This document shows, one piece after another, positions 1-7,529 of a stretch of 32,000 nucleotides of DNA. The translations under genes were made by a program, and so were the position numbers. Source of the stretch: Xylanibacter ruminicola 23 (lineage in GTDB: Bacteria > Bacteroidota > Bacteroidia > Bacteroidales > Bacteroidaceae); the NCBI RefSeq assembly GCF_000025925.1, contig NC_014033.1:2220001-2252000 (forward strand). Reading direction: 5' to 3'. Under the pieces are notes generated by a model. That model was given only the letters and a program-made list of their open reading frames with translations, had not been told where the DNA came from and searched no databases. Each line of letters begins with the position of its first letter. Within the stretch, counting starts at the first letter, position 1.

Positions 1-321
1 CCGATAGGCATCGTAGAGTCGGAGGCTTCGGCAGTGATTCTGAGCGAGCTGTATCCTGAATGTGTTTGGCTGGCTTATGCCGTTAACTCGCATTTGGTGA
101 TGGACATGCTGGCGCCGCTGCAGGGTAGCACGGTAACCATCTATCCGCGAACCGACCCCACGATGAGCAACTACGTGTTTTTTCTCGACTATGCCAAGCA
201 AGCAGAACAGTATTACGACATCCGGTTGCGGATTGACAATACCTTGGAACTGCATGCCACCGAGGAACAAAAGCAACGGTGTATCGACATCGTGGATTTT
301 GTACTTGATTCTGCGAGATAA
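1..321 (+). CDS. C-terminal fragment of a Toprim-like / primase-associated protein (5' end lies outside the window)
   Basis: Frame 1 is open from base 1 (PIGIVESEASAVILSELYPECVWLA...) with stop TAA at 319-321. An acidic VESE motif is followed about 45 aa later by IYPRTDP, which resembles the Glu...DxD layout of a Toprim fold. The gene sits in the Bacteroidales primase-like/DUF4248/HU/amidase neighbourhood. The family call is from memory only. Confidence 0.4.
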   Translation, partial: PIGIVESEASAVILSELYPECVWLAYAVNSHLVMDMLAPLQGSTVTIYPRTDPTMSNYVFFLDYAKQAEQYYDIRLRIDNTLELHATEEQKQRCIDIVDFVLDSAR

Positions 322-391
322 TCAACTTGTTTTATCATCAAAATCAACTTACTTTTTATCTATAATCAAATTACTTTTCATCCACAATCAA
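320..391 (+). repeat. Direct repeats anchored on AATCAA with exact 22-bp phasing (3 full units plus the start of a fourth)
   Basis: AATCAA starts at 320, 342, 364 and 386. The units read AATCAACTTGTTTTATCATCAA / AATCAACTTACTTTTTATCTAT / AATCAAATTACTTTTCATCCAC. The array fills the entire gap between the stop at 321 and the ATG at 393. Confidence 0.75.
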
Positions 392-392
392 T

Positions 393-722
393 ATGGTAAA
401 TTACTACAATAAGCATCTGTTTATCAGTAAGGCTAAACTGGCCGAACTGGCTGGTGTGTCGTATCGCACTTTTAACCGCTATCTGAAGACCCGCCAACAC
501 ATCCTGGATGCCCTGGGGGTGAATCGCTATGCCAGGCTACTGCCGCCACAAGCCGTGAAGTATGTTTGTGAGGATTACTGCATCGATCTGCCACCAGAGC
601 TGCAGGATCAGCGTGTGCTGCAGAGTCATCAGCTGTATCAGAAGGTGGTGCGTGAGTTGCAACTGACTACCTTTTTTGAAGGTAAATGGACCAAAATCAC
701 TGAAATACCACCCGATTTCTAA
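393..722 (+). CDS. DUF4248-like small DNA-binding (HTH-like) protein
   Basis: 109-aa ORF. The stretch ...SKAKLAELAGVSYRTFNRYLKTRQHILDALGVNRYARLLPPQAVKYVCEDY fits the remembered DUF4248 pattern (ELA...r.l....L..lG....r.ltP.qV). It lies immediately upstream of an HU-like gene, as is typical in Bacteroidales. Confidence 0.6.
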   Translation: MVNYYNKHLFISKAKLAELAGVSYRTFNRYLKTRQHILDALGVNRYARLLPPQAVKYVCEDYCIDLPPELQDQRVLQSHQLYQKVVRELQLTTFFEGKWTKITEIPPDF

Positions 723-773
723 TTATTTTCACGCTAACTTGCCGTAACTGGACAATGGCCTCTTGCAATACTG

Positions 774-781
774 TACCTTTG
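774..781 (+). promoter_or_regulatory. Bacteroidetes -7 promoter box (TACCTTTG)
   Basis: Exact match to the TAnnTTTG consensus, 60 nt upstream of the ATG at 842. It is flanked by a 7-bp inverted repeat, GACAATG (751-757) / CATTGTC (783-789). Confidence 0.5.
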
Positions 782-802
782 CATTGTCATTCCGGATGGC
801 AC

Positions 803-837
803 TAATGTTTATTCTTTAATGTTTAATGTTTAATCTA
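803..837 (+). repeat. Heptamer-phased tandem repeat (TAATGTT)n, 5 units, in the HU 5' leader
   Basis: TAATGTT TATTCTT TAATGTT TAATGTT TAATCTA, read in strict 7-nt phase. The array ends 4 nt before the ATG at 842. Confidence 0.7.
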
Positions 838-841
838 AATT

Positions 842-1381
842 ATGGTACGTTACATTTTAAAGCAAATCAAAATCACTGGCAACAAGTGTTTCGGTAGGTG
901 GTTCGCCAAGAACGTGGTGGAGGAGACTATCGACCTGGATGCTCTGGCTGAGCACATGAGTACTCACAACTCGCCTTACTCTAAGGGTGTTATCAAGGGC
1001 CTGCTCACCGACATGATCGGTTGTATCAAGGAACTCCTGCTGGAGGGTAAGAACGTGAAGATCGACGACCTGGCCATTTTCTCTCTTGGTATCAAGAACA
1101 AGGAGATGGCGGAGAAGGAAGAGGACTTCACTGTATCTAAGAACATCAGCGGTGTGAAGCTGAAGGCCCGTGCCACTGGCGACCTGATGAGTAAGAGTCT
1201 TAACCTGGAGGCTACCCTGAAGAAGGCTACCTTTGTGAATGGTAAGCTAGCTACTGAGCCAAGTAATGGCGATGGTGGTAATACCAGCGGCGGTGGCTCA
1301 ACCAGCGGTAATGGTTCAGATACGCCAAGCGGCGGTGGTAACACCGGTGGAGGCGGTAACCATGAGCCTATCGGAGATTAA
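842..1381 (+). CDS. HU-family (Bacteroidales long HU-like) DNA-binding protein with a Gly/Ser/Asn-rich tail
   Basis: 179 aa. The N-terminal ~120 aa (YILKQIKITGNK..FAKNVVEETIDLDALAEHMSTHNSPYSKGVIKGLLTDMIGCIKELLLEGKNVKIDDLAIFSLGI) match the HU-like fold pattern of Bacteroides histone-like proteins. The C-terminus is low complexity (GGNTSGGGSTSGNGSDTPSGGGNTGGGGN). Confidence 0.7.
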   Translation: MVRYILKQIKITGNKCFGRWFAKNVVEETIDLDALAEHMSTHNSPYSKGVIKGLLTDMIGCIKELLLEGKNVKIDDLAIFSLGIKNKEMAEKEEDFTVSKNISGVKLKARATGDLMSKSLNLEATLKKATFVNGKLATEPSNGDGGNTSGGGSTSGNGSDTPSGGGNTGGGGNHEPIGD

Positions 1382-1407
1382 ACTTAACCCTTAAAATTGT
1401 ATTCTAT

Positions 1408-1512
1408 ATGGTGAAAGTAAATTGGACCAATGTTGCTAAAGTCCTTAAATTCATCGCAACAGTTATTACTGCAGTCCTGGGAACTATAGCTGTACAGTCA
1501 TGCGCACAGTAA
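1408..1512 (+). CDS. 34-aa single-TM micro-protein (holin-like; possibly the Bacteroidales 'smalltalk' small-protein family)
   Basis: This ORF is not in the supplied track because it is too short. ATG at 1408 and TAA at 1510-1512 give MVKVNWTNVAKVLKFIATVITAVLGTIAVQSCAQ, with a hydrophobic core FIATVITAVLGTIAV. It overlaps the amidase ATG (1500) by 13 nt. I recall small proteins of this family sitting next to the amidase gene, but that is from memory. Confidence 0.5.
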   Translation: MVKVNWTNVAKVLKFIATVITAVLGTIAVQSCAQ

Positions 1513-1937
1513 ACCTAATTATCATCCATTGCAGTGCCACTCGCAGCAACCGACGCTTCACCGTCAAGGACCTCGAGAGCTGTCACAACGCCCGATTCCA
1601 CAACAAGGGCATAGGCTATCACTACTACATTGAACGCGACGGACAACTCTATGCCACCCGCGACGAAGACGAGATTGGCATGCACGCCCGACACTACAAT
1701 GCCCACAGCATAGGCATCTGTTACGAAGGCGGATTAAACGAGAAAGGCCAGGAGGCCGACACCCGTACCCCAGCCCAGAAACAAACGCTCATAGCATTGC
1801 TACGTAGTCTGAAAGTTGACTACCCCGATGCCGAGATCATAGGTCACCACGACCTTCCCTGGGTAACAAAGGCCTGTCCCTGTTTCGACGCCCGCACCGA
1901 GTACCAGCACCTACAGCCATTAGCCTTAGAGCAGTAG
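1500..1937 (+). CDS. N-acetylmuramoyl-L-alanine amidase (Amidase_2 / T7-lysozyme / AmpD-PGRP fold)
   Basis: 145 aa. IIHCSAT (Zn His), GYHYYI, HSIGICYEGG and GHHDL...KACPCF (Zn His/Cys) are the hallmark Amidase_2 motifs. There is no signal peptide. Confidence 0.85.
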   Translation: MRTVNLIIIHCSATRSNRRFTVKDLESCHNARFHNKGIGYHYYIERDGQLYATRDEDEIGMHARHYNAHSIGICYEGGLNEKGQEADTRTPAQKQTLIALLRSLKVDYPDAEIIGHHDLPWVTKACPCFDARTEYQHLQPLALEQ

Positions 1938-1948
1938 TAACCATAAAA

Positions 1949-1979
1949 AATCCCTCAGCTTGTGATAAGCTGAGGGATT
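1949..1979. terminator. Bidirectional rho-independent terminator between the convergent amidase and lpxA genes
   Basis: Perfect 13-bp stem AATCCCTCAGCTT (1949-1961) / AAGCTGAGGGATT (1967-1979) with loop GTGAT. It is preceded by an A-run and followed by TTG..TTT. Confidence 0.7.
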
Positions 1980-1986
1980 GAATTGT

Positions 1987-2763
1987 TTATTTACACATGA
2001 TACCTCGTTTGGAGTTCTCGAGGAATGTGATGATGTTGCGGATTTCGGGACCGTCGGGCACCTGTTCCTTAATCTGATTAATCACATCGAACACACTCGT
2101 CTTACCATGGAACAACAAACGGTAGGCATTGGCAATATGCTTCTGAACCTTTGGGTCGATATCGGCGTAGTTCATCACGGTGGTGTTAGGACCGCCATAT
2201 TCCATGGGCGAACCACCGGCAATTACGTAAGGAGGCACATCGTGCGAGAAGGTGCAACCAGCCTGAATCAACGAGAGGTCGCCAGCGCGGGTGTTAGCAT
2301 TCTGGATAGCACCCGACGAGAAGATAACACCGTTACCAATCTCGCAGTCGCCAGCAATCTTAGTACCATAGCCAAACACGCAGTTATCGCCCACCACGGT
2401 ATCGTGGCTGATGTGGGTTCCTTCGAGCAGAAAGTTGTGATTACCAATCTTGGTAACACCATCCTTGTTGGTACCGCGGTTGATAACCACGTTCTCGCGG
2501 ATGACATTGTTATCGCCTATCTCAACATACGACTTGGCACCACGGAAGTTAAAATCCTGTGGCAGGGCAGCAATCACCGAGCCCTGATGGATTTTATTGT
2601 TCTTACCGATGCGCGAGCCGTCGCAGATGCTAACGAAGGGGAAGATGATACAGTTGTCACCAATCACCACATCGTCCTCGATATACACAAAGGGGAATAT
2701 CTTACAGTTGTCGCCAATCTTGGCCTTTGGGCTAATCTCGGCTTTTGGACTTATTTCGTTCAT
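1987..2763 (-). CDS. lpxA: Acyl-ACP--UDP-N-acetylglucosamine O-acyltransferase
   Basis: Left-handed beta-helix hexapeptide repeats run throughout (IGDNCKIFPFVYIEDDVVIGDNCIIFPFVSI...). The LpxA-type C-terminal helical domain is present (VIAGGSPMEYGGPNTTVMNY...ANAYRLLF). I chose the ATG at 2763 (MNEISPKAEI...) over the GTG at 2772 used by the track. Confidence 0.85.
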   Translation of the reverse strand: MNEISPKAEISPKAKIGDNCKIFPFVYIEDDVVIGDNCIIFPFVSICDGSRIGKNNKIHQGSVIAALPQDFNFRGAKSYVEIGDNNVIRENVVINRGTNKDGVTKIGNHNFLLEGTHISHDTVVGDNCVFGYGTKIAGDCEIGNGVIFSSGAIQNANTRAGDLSLIQAGCTFSHDVPPYVIAGGSPMEYGGPNTTVMNYADIDPKVQKHIANAYRLLFHGKTSVFDVINQIKEQVPDGPEIRNIITFLENSKRGIMCK

Positions 2764-2854
2764 ATCATTCACAATTTAAAAATTAAACAATTTAAAAATG
2801 TAACAATTAGATTTTACCATTTTTGCATTCTTACATTTTTTAATTTTTACATTT

Positions 2855-4234
2855 TTAATTGGCTCCGCCACCGAGAGCTTGGTAGAGACTTACTACAGCC
2901 TGCATCTTTGAGAGTTGGTCGCTAACCTCTGCTATCTCAGCGTTCAGCAGATTGCTCTGAGCGGTAATCACCTCGAGATAGGTGGTGTTTGACGACGACT
3001 CCATCAAACGTTTGGTGTCCTCGACATTCTTCTTGAGCACCTCTACACGCTTGCCATCCAGCTCGGCCTTCTGACTGTAAGAGTTGTAGGCTACGAGGGC
3101 ATTAGACACCTCGTTACCAGCCTTGTAGATAGCGTTCTGCCACTTGTTGTAAGCCTGCTCGTACTGCATCTTGGCCACCTTCAGGCCAGCCACAATCTGT
3201 CCGTGCTGGAAGATGGGCTGAGTGAGCGAACCAACAGCCGAGAGCAACCATTTACCTGGATTGATTGAACCACTATTGTTGGTAAAGGCAGCTGTACCAG
3301 TGATGCTAATGCTGGGATAGAAACGGCTACGGGCCGTCTCCACATCGTAGAAGCACTGAGCAAGCGACATCTCGTACTGGTGCACGTCGGCACGGTTAGC
3401 CAGCATCTGGATGCCTACGCCTGCTGAGAGTTCGGTGGGCAGACTCTGCTCAGCAAACTTGCCACGGGCGATAGACTGTCCTGGCTGGCCCAACAGCAAT
3501 GAGAGTGAGTTCTCGGTCTCACGCATCTGACGCTCCAGATCTACACGCTGACTCTGTACCTGATAGTAGGCAGCCTCGGCACTCTGAACGGCTGTAGAGC
3601 GATAGCCTGCGCGGTTCTCGTGCATAAACTGCATCTTCTCCCAGGTCTCCTTGGTGAGCTGCTCCATATCGGTAACAATCTCCATCTGGCGATCGATCAT
3701 GAGCAGGGTGTAATACAGGTTGGCGATGGTAGAGATGACGTTGGTCTTTACTACCGTCTGGTAATCCTTTGTAGCGATGAGCTGCATCTGAGCCGAGCGC
3801 TTAGCACTGAGCAGATTGCCGAACAAATCGACATTCCAACTGGCTGAGATGGGCAGCGAGTACGACTTGGTAGCTGCAGCACCATCGAACGAGGTGAGTG
3901 AACCCTGTGGACTTACTGCTACTGAGGGCAGGAAGGCCAGCTTGGCCACCTTGAGTGCCTCGTTAACCATCTGCACGTTGAGGGCGGCATTCAGCAGGTC
4001 GGGATTGTTATCGAGACCTTGCTGGATGAGTGCCTGCAACTGTGGATCGGTAAACACCGAACGCCAAGGCATATTACCAAAGGTGGTGGTGTCCTGTACA
4101 GCCAGGGTATCGGTAAGCGACTGAGTGTCGCGAATCAATCCCTTGGTATCCACCTCGGGGCGCTCGTATTTATTATAGAGTCCGCAGCTTGACAGCAGCA
4201 ATGCTGCAGACATACATATCATGAGTTTCTTCAT
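2855..4234 (-). CDS. Efflux transporter outer-membrane factor lipoprotein (TolC/NodT family)
   Basis: The start MKKLMICMSAALLLSSCGLYNKYERPEVD carries a lipobox, and two TolC-like repeat halves follow. The start is 1 nt after the RND permease stop (4236-4238). The 520-aa track ORF extends upstream into the permease gene and was trimmed. Confidence 0.85.
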   Translation of the reverse strand: MKKLMICMSAALLLSSCGLYNKYERPEVDTKGLIRDTQSLTDTLAVQDTTTFGNMPWRSVFTDPQLQALIQQGLDNNPDLLNAALNVQMVNEALKVAKLAFLPSVAVSPQGSLTSFDGAAATKSYSLPISASWNVDLFGNLLSAKRSAQMQLIATKDYQTVVKTNVISTIANLYYTLLMIDRQMEIVTDMEQLTKETWEKMQFMHENRAGYRSTAVQSAEAAYYQVQSQRVDLERQMRETENSLSLLLGQPGQSIARGKFAEQSLPTELSAGVGIQMLANRADVHQYEMSLAQCFYDVETARSRFYPSISITGTAAFTNNSGSINPGKWLLSAVGSLTQPIFQHGQIVAGLKVAKMQYEQAYNKWQNAIYKAGNEVSNALVAYNSYSQKAELDGKRVEVLKKNVEDTKRLMESSSNTTYLEVITAQSNLLNAEIAEVSDQLSKMQAVVSLYQALGGGAN

Positions 4235-4235
4235 A

Positions 4236-7200
4236 TTACTTCTCCAATTCATAATCTTCTGATTTTTTATGTGCATACTGAGCCAGCTCGGCTGCAACCT
4301 CAGGATTCTCCTCGTCCTCGAACTTAATCGGACTGATCTTCTCCTGCAGAGTCTGGAAGATAACGAACAGTGTGGGCACCACGAACAGCTGCAGGATAGT
4401 ACCAATGAGCATACCACCTACGGCAGCAGCACCCAGCGTCTGGTTACCATTCTTACCAACACCGCTGGCAAACATCATCGGCAGCAGACCGATAACCATG
4501 GCCAGTGAGGTCATGAGGATAGGACGCAGACGAGCAGCAGCACCCAAAACAGCCGACCAAGAGATGGCCATACCCGTCTGACGACGCTCAAGGGCGAACT
4601 GTACGATCAGAATGGCGTTCTTAGCCAACAGACCAATCAGCATGATGAGTGAGATCTGCATGTAGATATCGTTGGCATGACCAAACAGGTTGGTGAACAA
4701 GAAGCAACCAGCCAATCCGAATGGAACAGAGAGTACTACCGACAGTGGCAGGATGTACGACTCGTACTGTGCCGACAGAATGAGGTAGATGAAGATGAAG
4801 CACAACAGGAAGATGATACCTGTGGTGTCGGAAGCCTTAGCCTCCTCACGGGTCAGACCTGAGTAGTCGTAGGTATAACCACTGGGCAGCATCTGAGCAG
4901 CCACCTCGTCGATAGCCTTCAGCGCCTCACCGGTAGAATAACCATCAGCCACAGTACCTGTTACGTTGATAGAGGTGAACAGGTTGAAGCGGTTGATGTT
5001 CAACGGACCATAGACACGCTCCAGATTACAGAACTCCTTAACAGGCGACATGCCCGCAGGTGTGCGTACATATATACTATTAAGCGACTCAGGCGTCATA
5101 CGTGTCTCAGGTGAACCTTGAATCATCACACGATAGAGTTTACCGAATGAGTTAAAGTTTGAGCCATACAGTCCGCCATAGTATCCCTGCAGTGTGCTGA
5201 GCACAGCTGTTGGCGAGATGCCCGACTGCTTACACTTAGCCACATCCACATGAACCATGTACTGAGGATAGCCAGGGTTGTAAGAGGTTTGTGCCGACTG
5301 GAACTCAGGACGCTTGTTCAGCTCGGCCAGGAACTCCTTAACCACACCGAAGAATCGGTTCAGATCGCCACCAGTACGGTCCTGCATAACCAGCGAGATA
5401 CCCGAGTTAGCAGAGAAACCAGGAATCATTGGGGGCGAGAATGCCAGAATCTGTGCATCCTTGATATGAGCTGTCTTGATAAAGATCTGGGCAATCACAC
5501 CGGTCGCATCGTAAGGATTGATGAAGAAGCGATAGATACCATCGCCCTGCCACAAACCAGAGAGTTTCCACCAGAATCCTTTCTGACGCTCCTCGAAGGG
5601 CTTCAGCTTGATGATAAACGTACCCTGGTCGGAACCGGCACCTGCGATAAAGTTATAACCCTGAACCATCTCACGGTTCTTGATAGCAGGAATCTGCGAC
5701 AGGATAGAATCAACCTGCAGCACAACCTCTTTGGTACGAGCCTCGGAAGTGGCAGGAGGCATAGAGATGGTACAGAACAGTGTACCAGTATCCTCATCAG
5801 GCACCAGACCTGTCTTGGTAGTCACGAAGGTAACAGCCAGCACGACGATACCCACAACGACTGTACCGATAATGGCCAATGGCTTGCGCACCAGTTTCTC
5901 GAGAATACCACGGTATTTGCGGTTGTGGTTTCGAAAGCCACGTTGAACGACTGGTGGAAACGATCCACGCGCGACATCTTCTTTTCGTGACCATCCTTAT
6001 CGTGAGGTTTCAGGAACACAGCACACAGGGCTGGCGACAGTGTCAAGGCGTTAACAGCCGAGATAATAATGCTGATAGCCATGGTTACACCGAACTCGCG
6101 ATAGAAAGTACCCGAAGTACCGCCGATGAACGATACAGGCACGAACACAGCTGCCATTACCAGAGTAATAGAGATGATAGCACCCGAAATCTCGTTCATG
6201 GCATCGATAGAGGCGGTAAGCGACGACTTATAACCCTGATCGAGCTTAGCATGCACAGCCTCGACCACCACGATGGCATCATCCACCACGATGGCGATGG
6301 CCAGCAGCAAGGCCGACAGTACCAACAGGTTGATAGAGAAGCCCATCACATTCAGGAAGAAGAATGTACCTACCAGTGATACCGGTACGGCAATCAGCGG
6401 GATGAGTGTAGAACGCATATCCTGCAGGAAGATATATACCACGAAGAACACCAGTGCCAGTGTCATGAAGAGGGTGAATACCACCTCCTCGATTGAGGCA
6501 TAGAGGAACTCGGTCACATCGTAGTTGATCTTCACTTCCATGCCCGGAGGCATCAGTTTCGTCTGCGATTCAAGCTCGGCCTTAACCTGCTTGGCAATCT
6601 CGTTAGCATTCGAACCAGCCACCTGCTGTACCATGGTCATTACCGAAGGTACACCATTGTTCTTCATCGATACCGAGTAGCCTTCACCACCCAGCTCAAT
6701 CTTAGCCAGATCCTTCAGCTTCAGTGTCTGTCCGTTAGCATCACTCTTAATAATAATGTTACCAAACTCCTCGGCAGTACGGAAACGACCGGTATAACGC
6801 ATCGAATACTCGTAAGCCACATTGGGAGCCTGCTCACCAAACTTACCAGGAGCAGCCTCGATATTCTGCTCGGCCAGTGCGGCTGTGATATCCGAAGGAA
6901 TCAAGCTGTGCTGCTTCATCACATCGGGCTTCAGCCATATACGCATAGCGTAGGTCTTCGAACTGAATCCAGAAGCATCACCCACACCCTCGATACGCTT
7001 CAGCGCAGGCACGATGTTGATGGCGTTATAGTTGGTCAGGAACTCATCGTCGTAACGACCGTCGGATGTTAGTGAATACATCAGTACCTGTGACGACTGA
7101 CGTTTTACCACGCGCACACCAATCTGGTTAACCTCGGAAGGCAGCAGAGCAGTGGCCTGACTCACACGGTTCTGTACGTTTACGGCACACATATCCGGAT

Positions 7201-7495
7201 TCATACCCTGACGGAACATCACCTGAATCATAGCCGAACCAGGCGATGCTGTTGAGGTGATATAATCCATTCCCTCAACACCGTTGATACTCTCCTCAAG
7301 TGGCGTAACCACGGCATTCTTCACCGTTTCGGCATCGGCACCTGGGTAGCTACCCATGACCACGATGTTAGGCGGCGCAATATTCGGATACTGCTCGATA
7401 GGAAGCGAGACCAGTCCGATGAAACCCAGCAGCACGATGAGGATAGAGATCACCGTTGACAGTACCGGGCGTTTTATAAAATTCGTAAATGTCAT
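4236..7495 (-). pseudogene. RND (AcrB/HAE1-type) efflux permease, reading frame broken once near 5916-5918
   Basis: Two consecutive minus-strand ORFs (5822-7504 and 4236-5891) together make one ~1086-aa RND permease. They cover MTFTNFIKRPVLSTVISI..., the TM1-6 and porter domains, and ...NAILIVQFALERRQTGM...RLRPILMTSLA. The total length of 3260 nt is not divisible by 3. The frames join sensibly if one A is added to GCAAATAC (plus-strand TTT at 5916-5918). Confidence 0.75.
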
Positions 7496-7501
7496 AATTG
7501 T

Positions 7502-7529
7502 CAATTATAAATTTTCAATTATCAATTAT
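7502..7529 (-). repeat. Heptamer-phased repeat (plus strand CAATTAT, gene strand ATAATTG), 4 units, spanning the adaptor stop and ending 6 nt before the permease ATG
   Basis: CAATTAT (7502-7508), AAATTTT, CAATTAT (7516-7522) and CAATTAT (7523-7529) lie in strict 7-nt phase. The adaptor stop TAA is at 7526-7528 and the permease ATG is at 7493-7495. Confidence 0.65.

Noticed and set aside
751-789. 7-bp inverted repeat GACAATG/CATTGTC bracketing the HU promoter box, considered as an invertible promoter
   Set aside because: The arms are only 7 bp and enclose 25 bp, far smaller than known Bacteroides invertible promoters. No recombinase is nearby.
1978-2925. 315-aa plus-strand ORF covering lpxA in antisense, the AT-rich spacer and the end of the OMF gene
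   Set aside because: It is a shadow ORF of the highly repetitive hexapeptide-repeat gene on the other strand. Its composition is low complexity (V/H/N/T/I/G-rich). It runs across a clear intergenic spacer and has no promoter box, while the minus-strand genes have unambiguous family motifs.
2855-4417. Long N-terminal extension of the OMF ORF (520 aa). The same issue affects track starts at 9439, 14182, 14592, 20716, 28130 and 7504.
   Set aside because: The extensions overlap upstream genes or promoter boxes, or they begin at TTG or GTG. Internal ATGs give canonical signal peptides, lipoboxes or family-typical N-termini.
4236-7504. Treating the two RND ORFs as separate genes, or as a programmed -1 ribosomal frameshift
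   Set aside because: Neither half is a complete RND permease, and together they give the canonical 12-TM architecture. The junction (C GCA AAT ACC) has no X XXY YYZ slippery heptamer and no obvious downstream structure. A mutation or sequencing error is more parsimonious.
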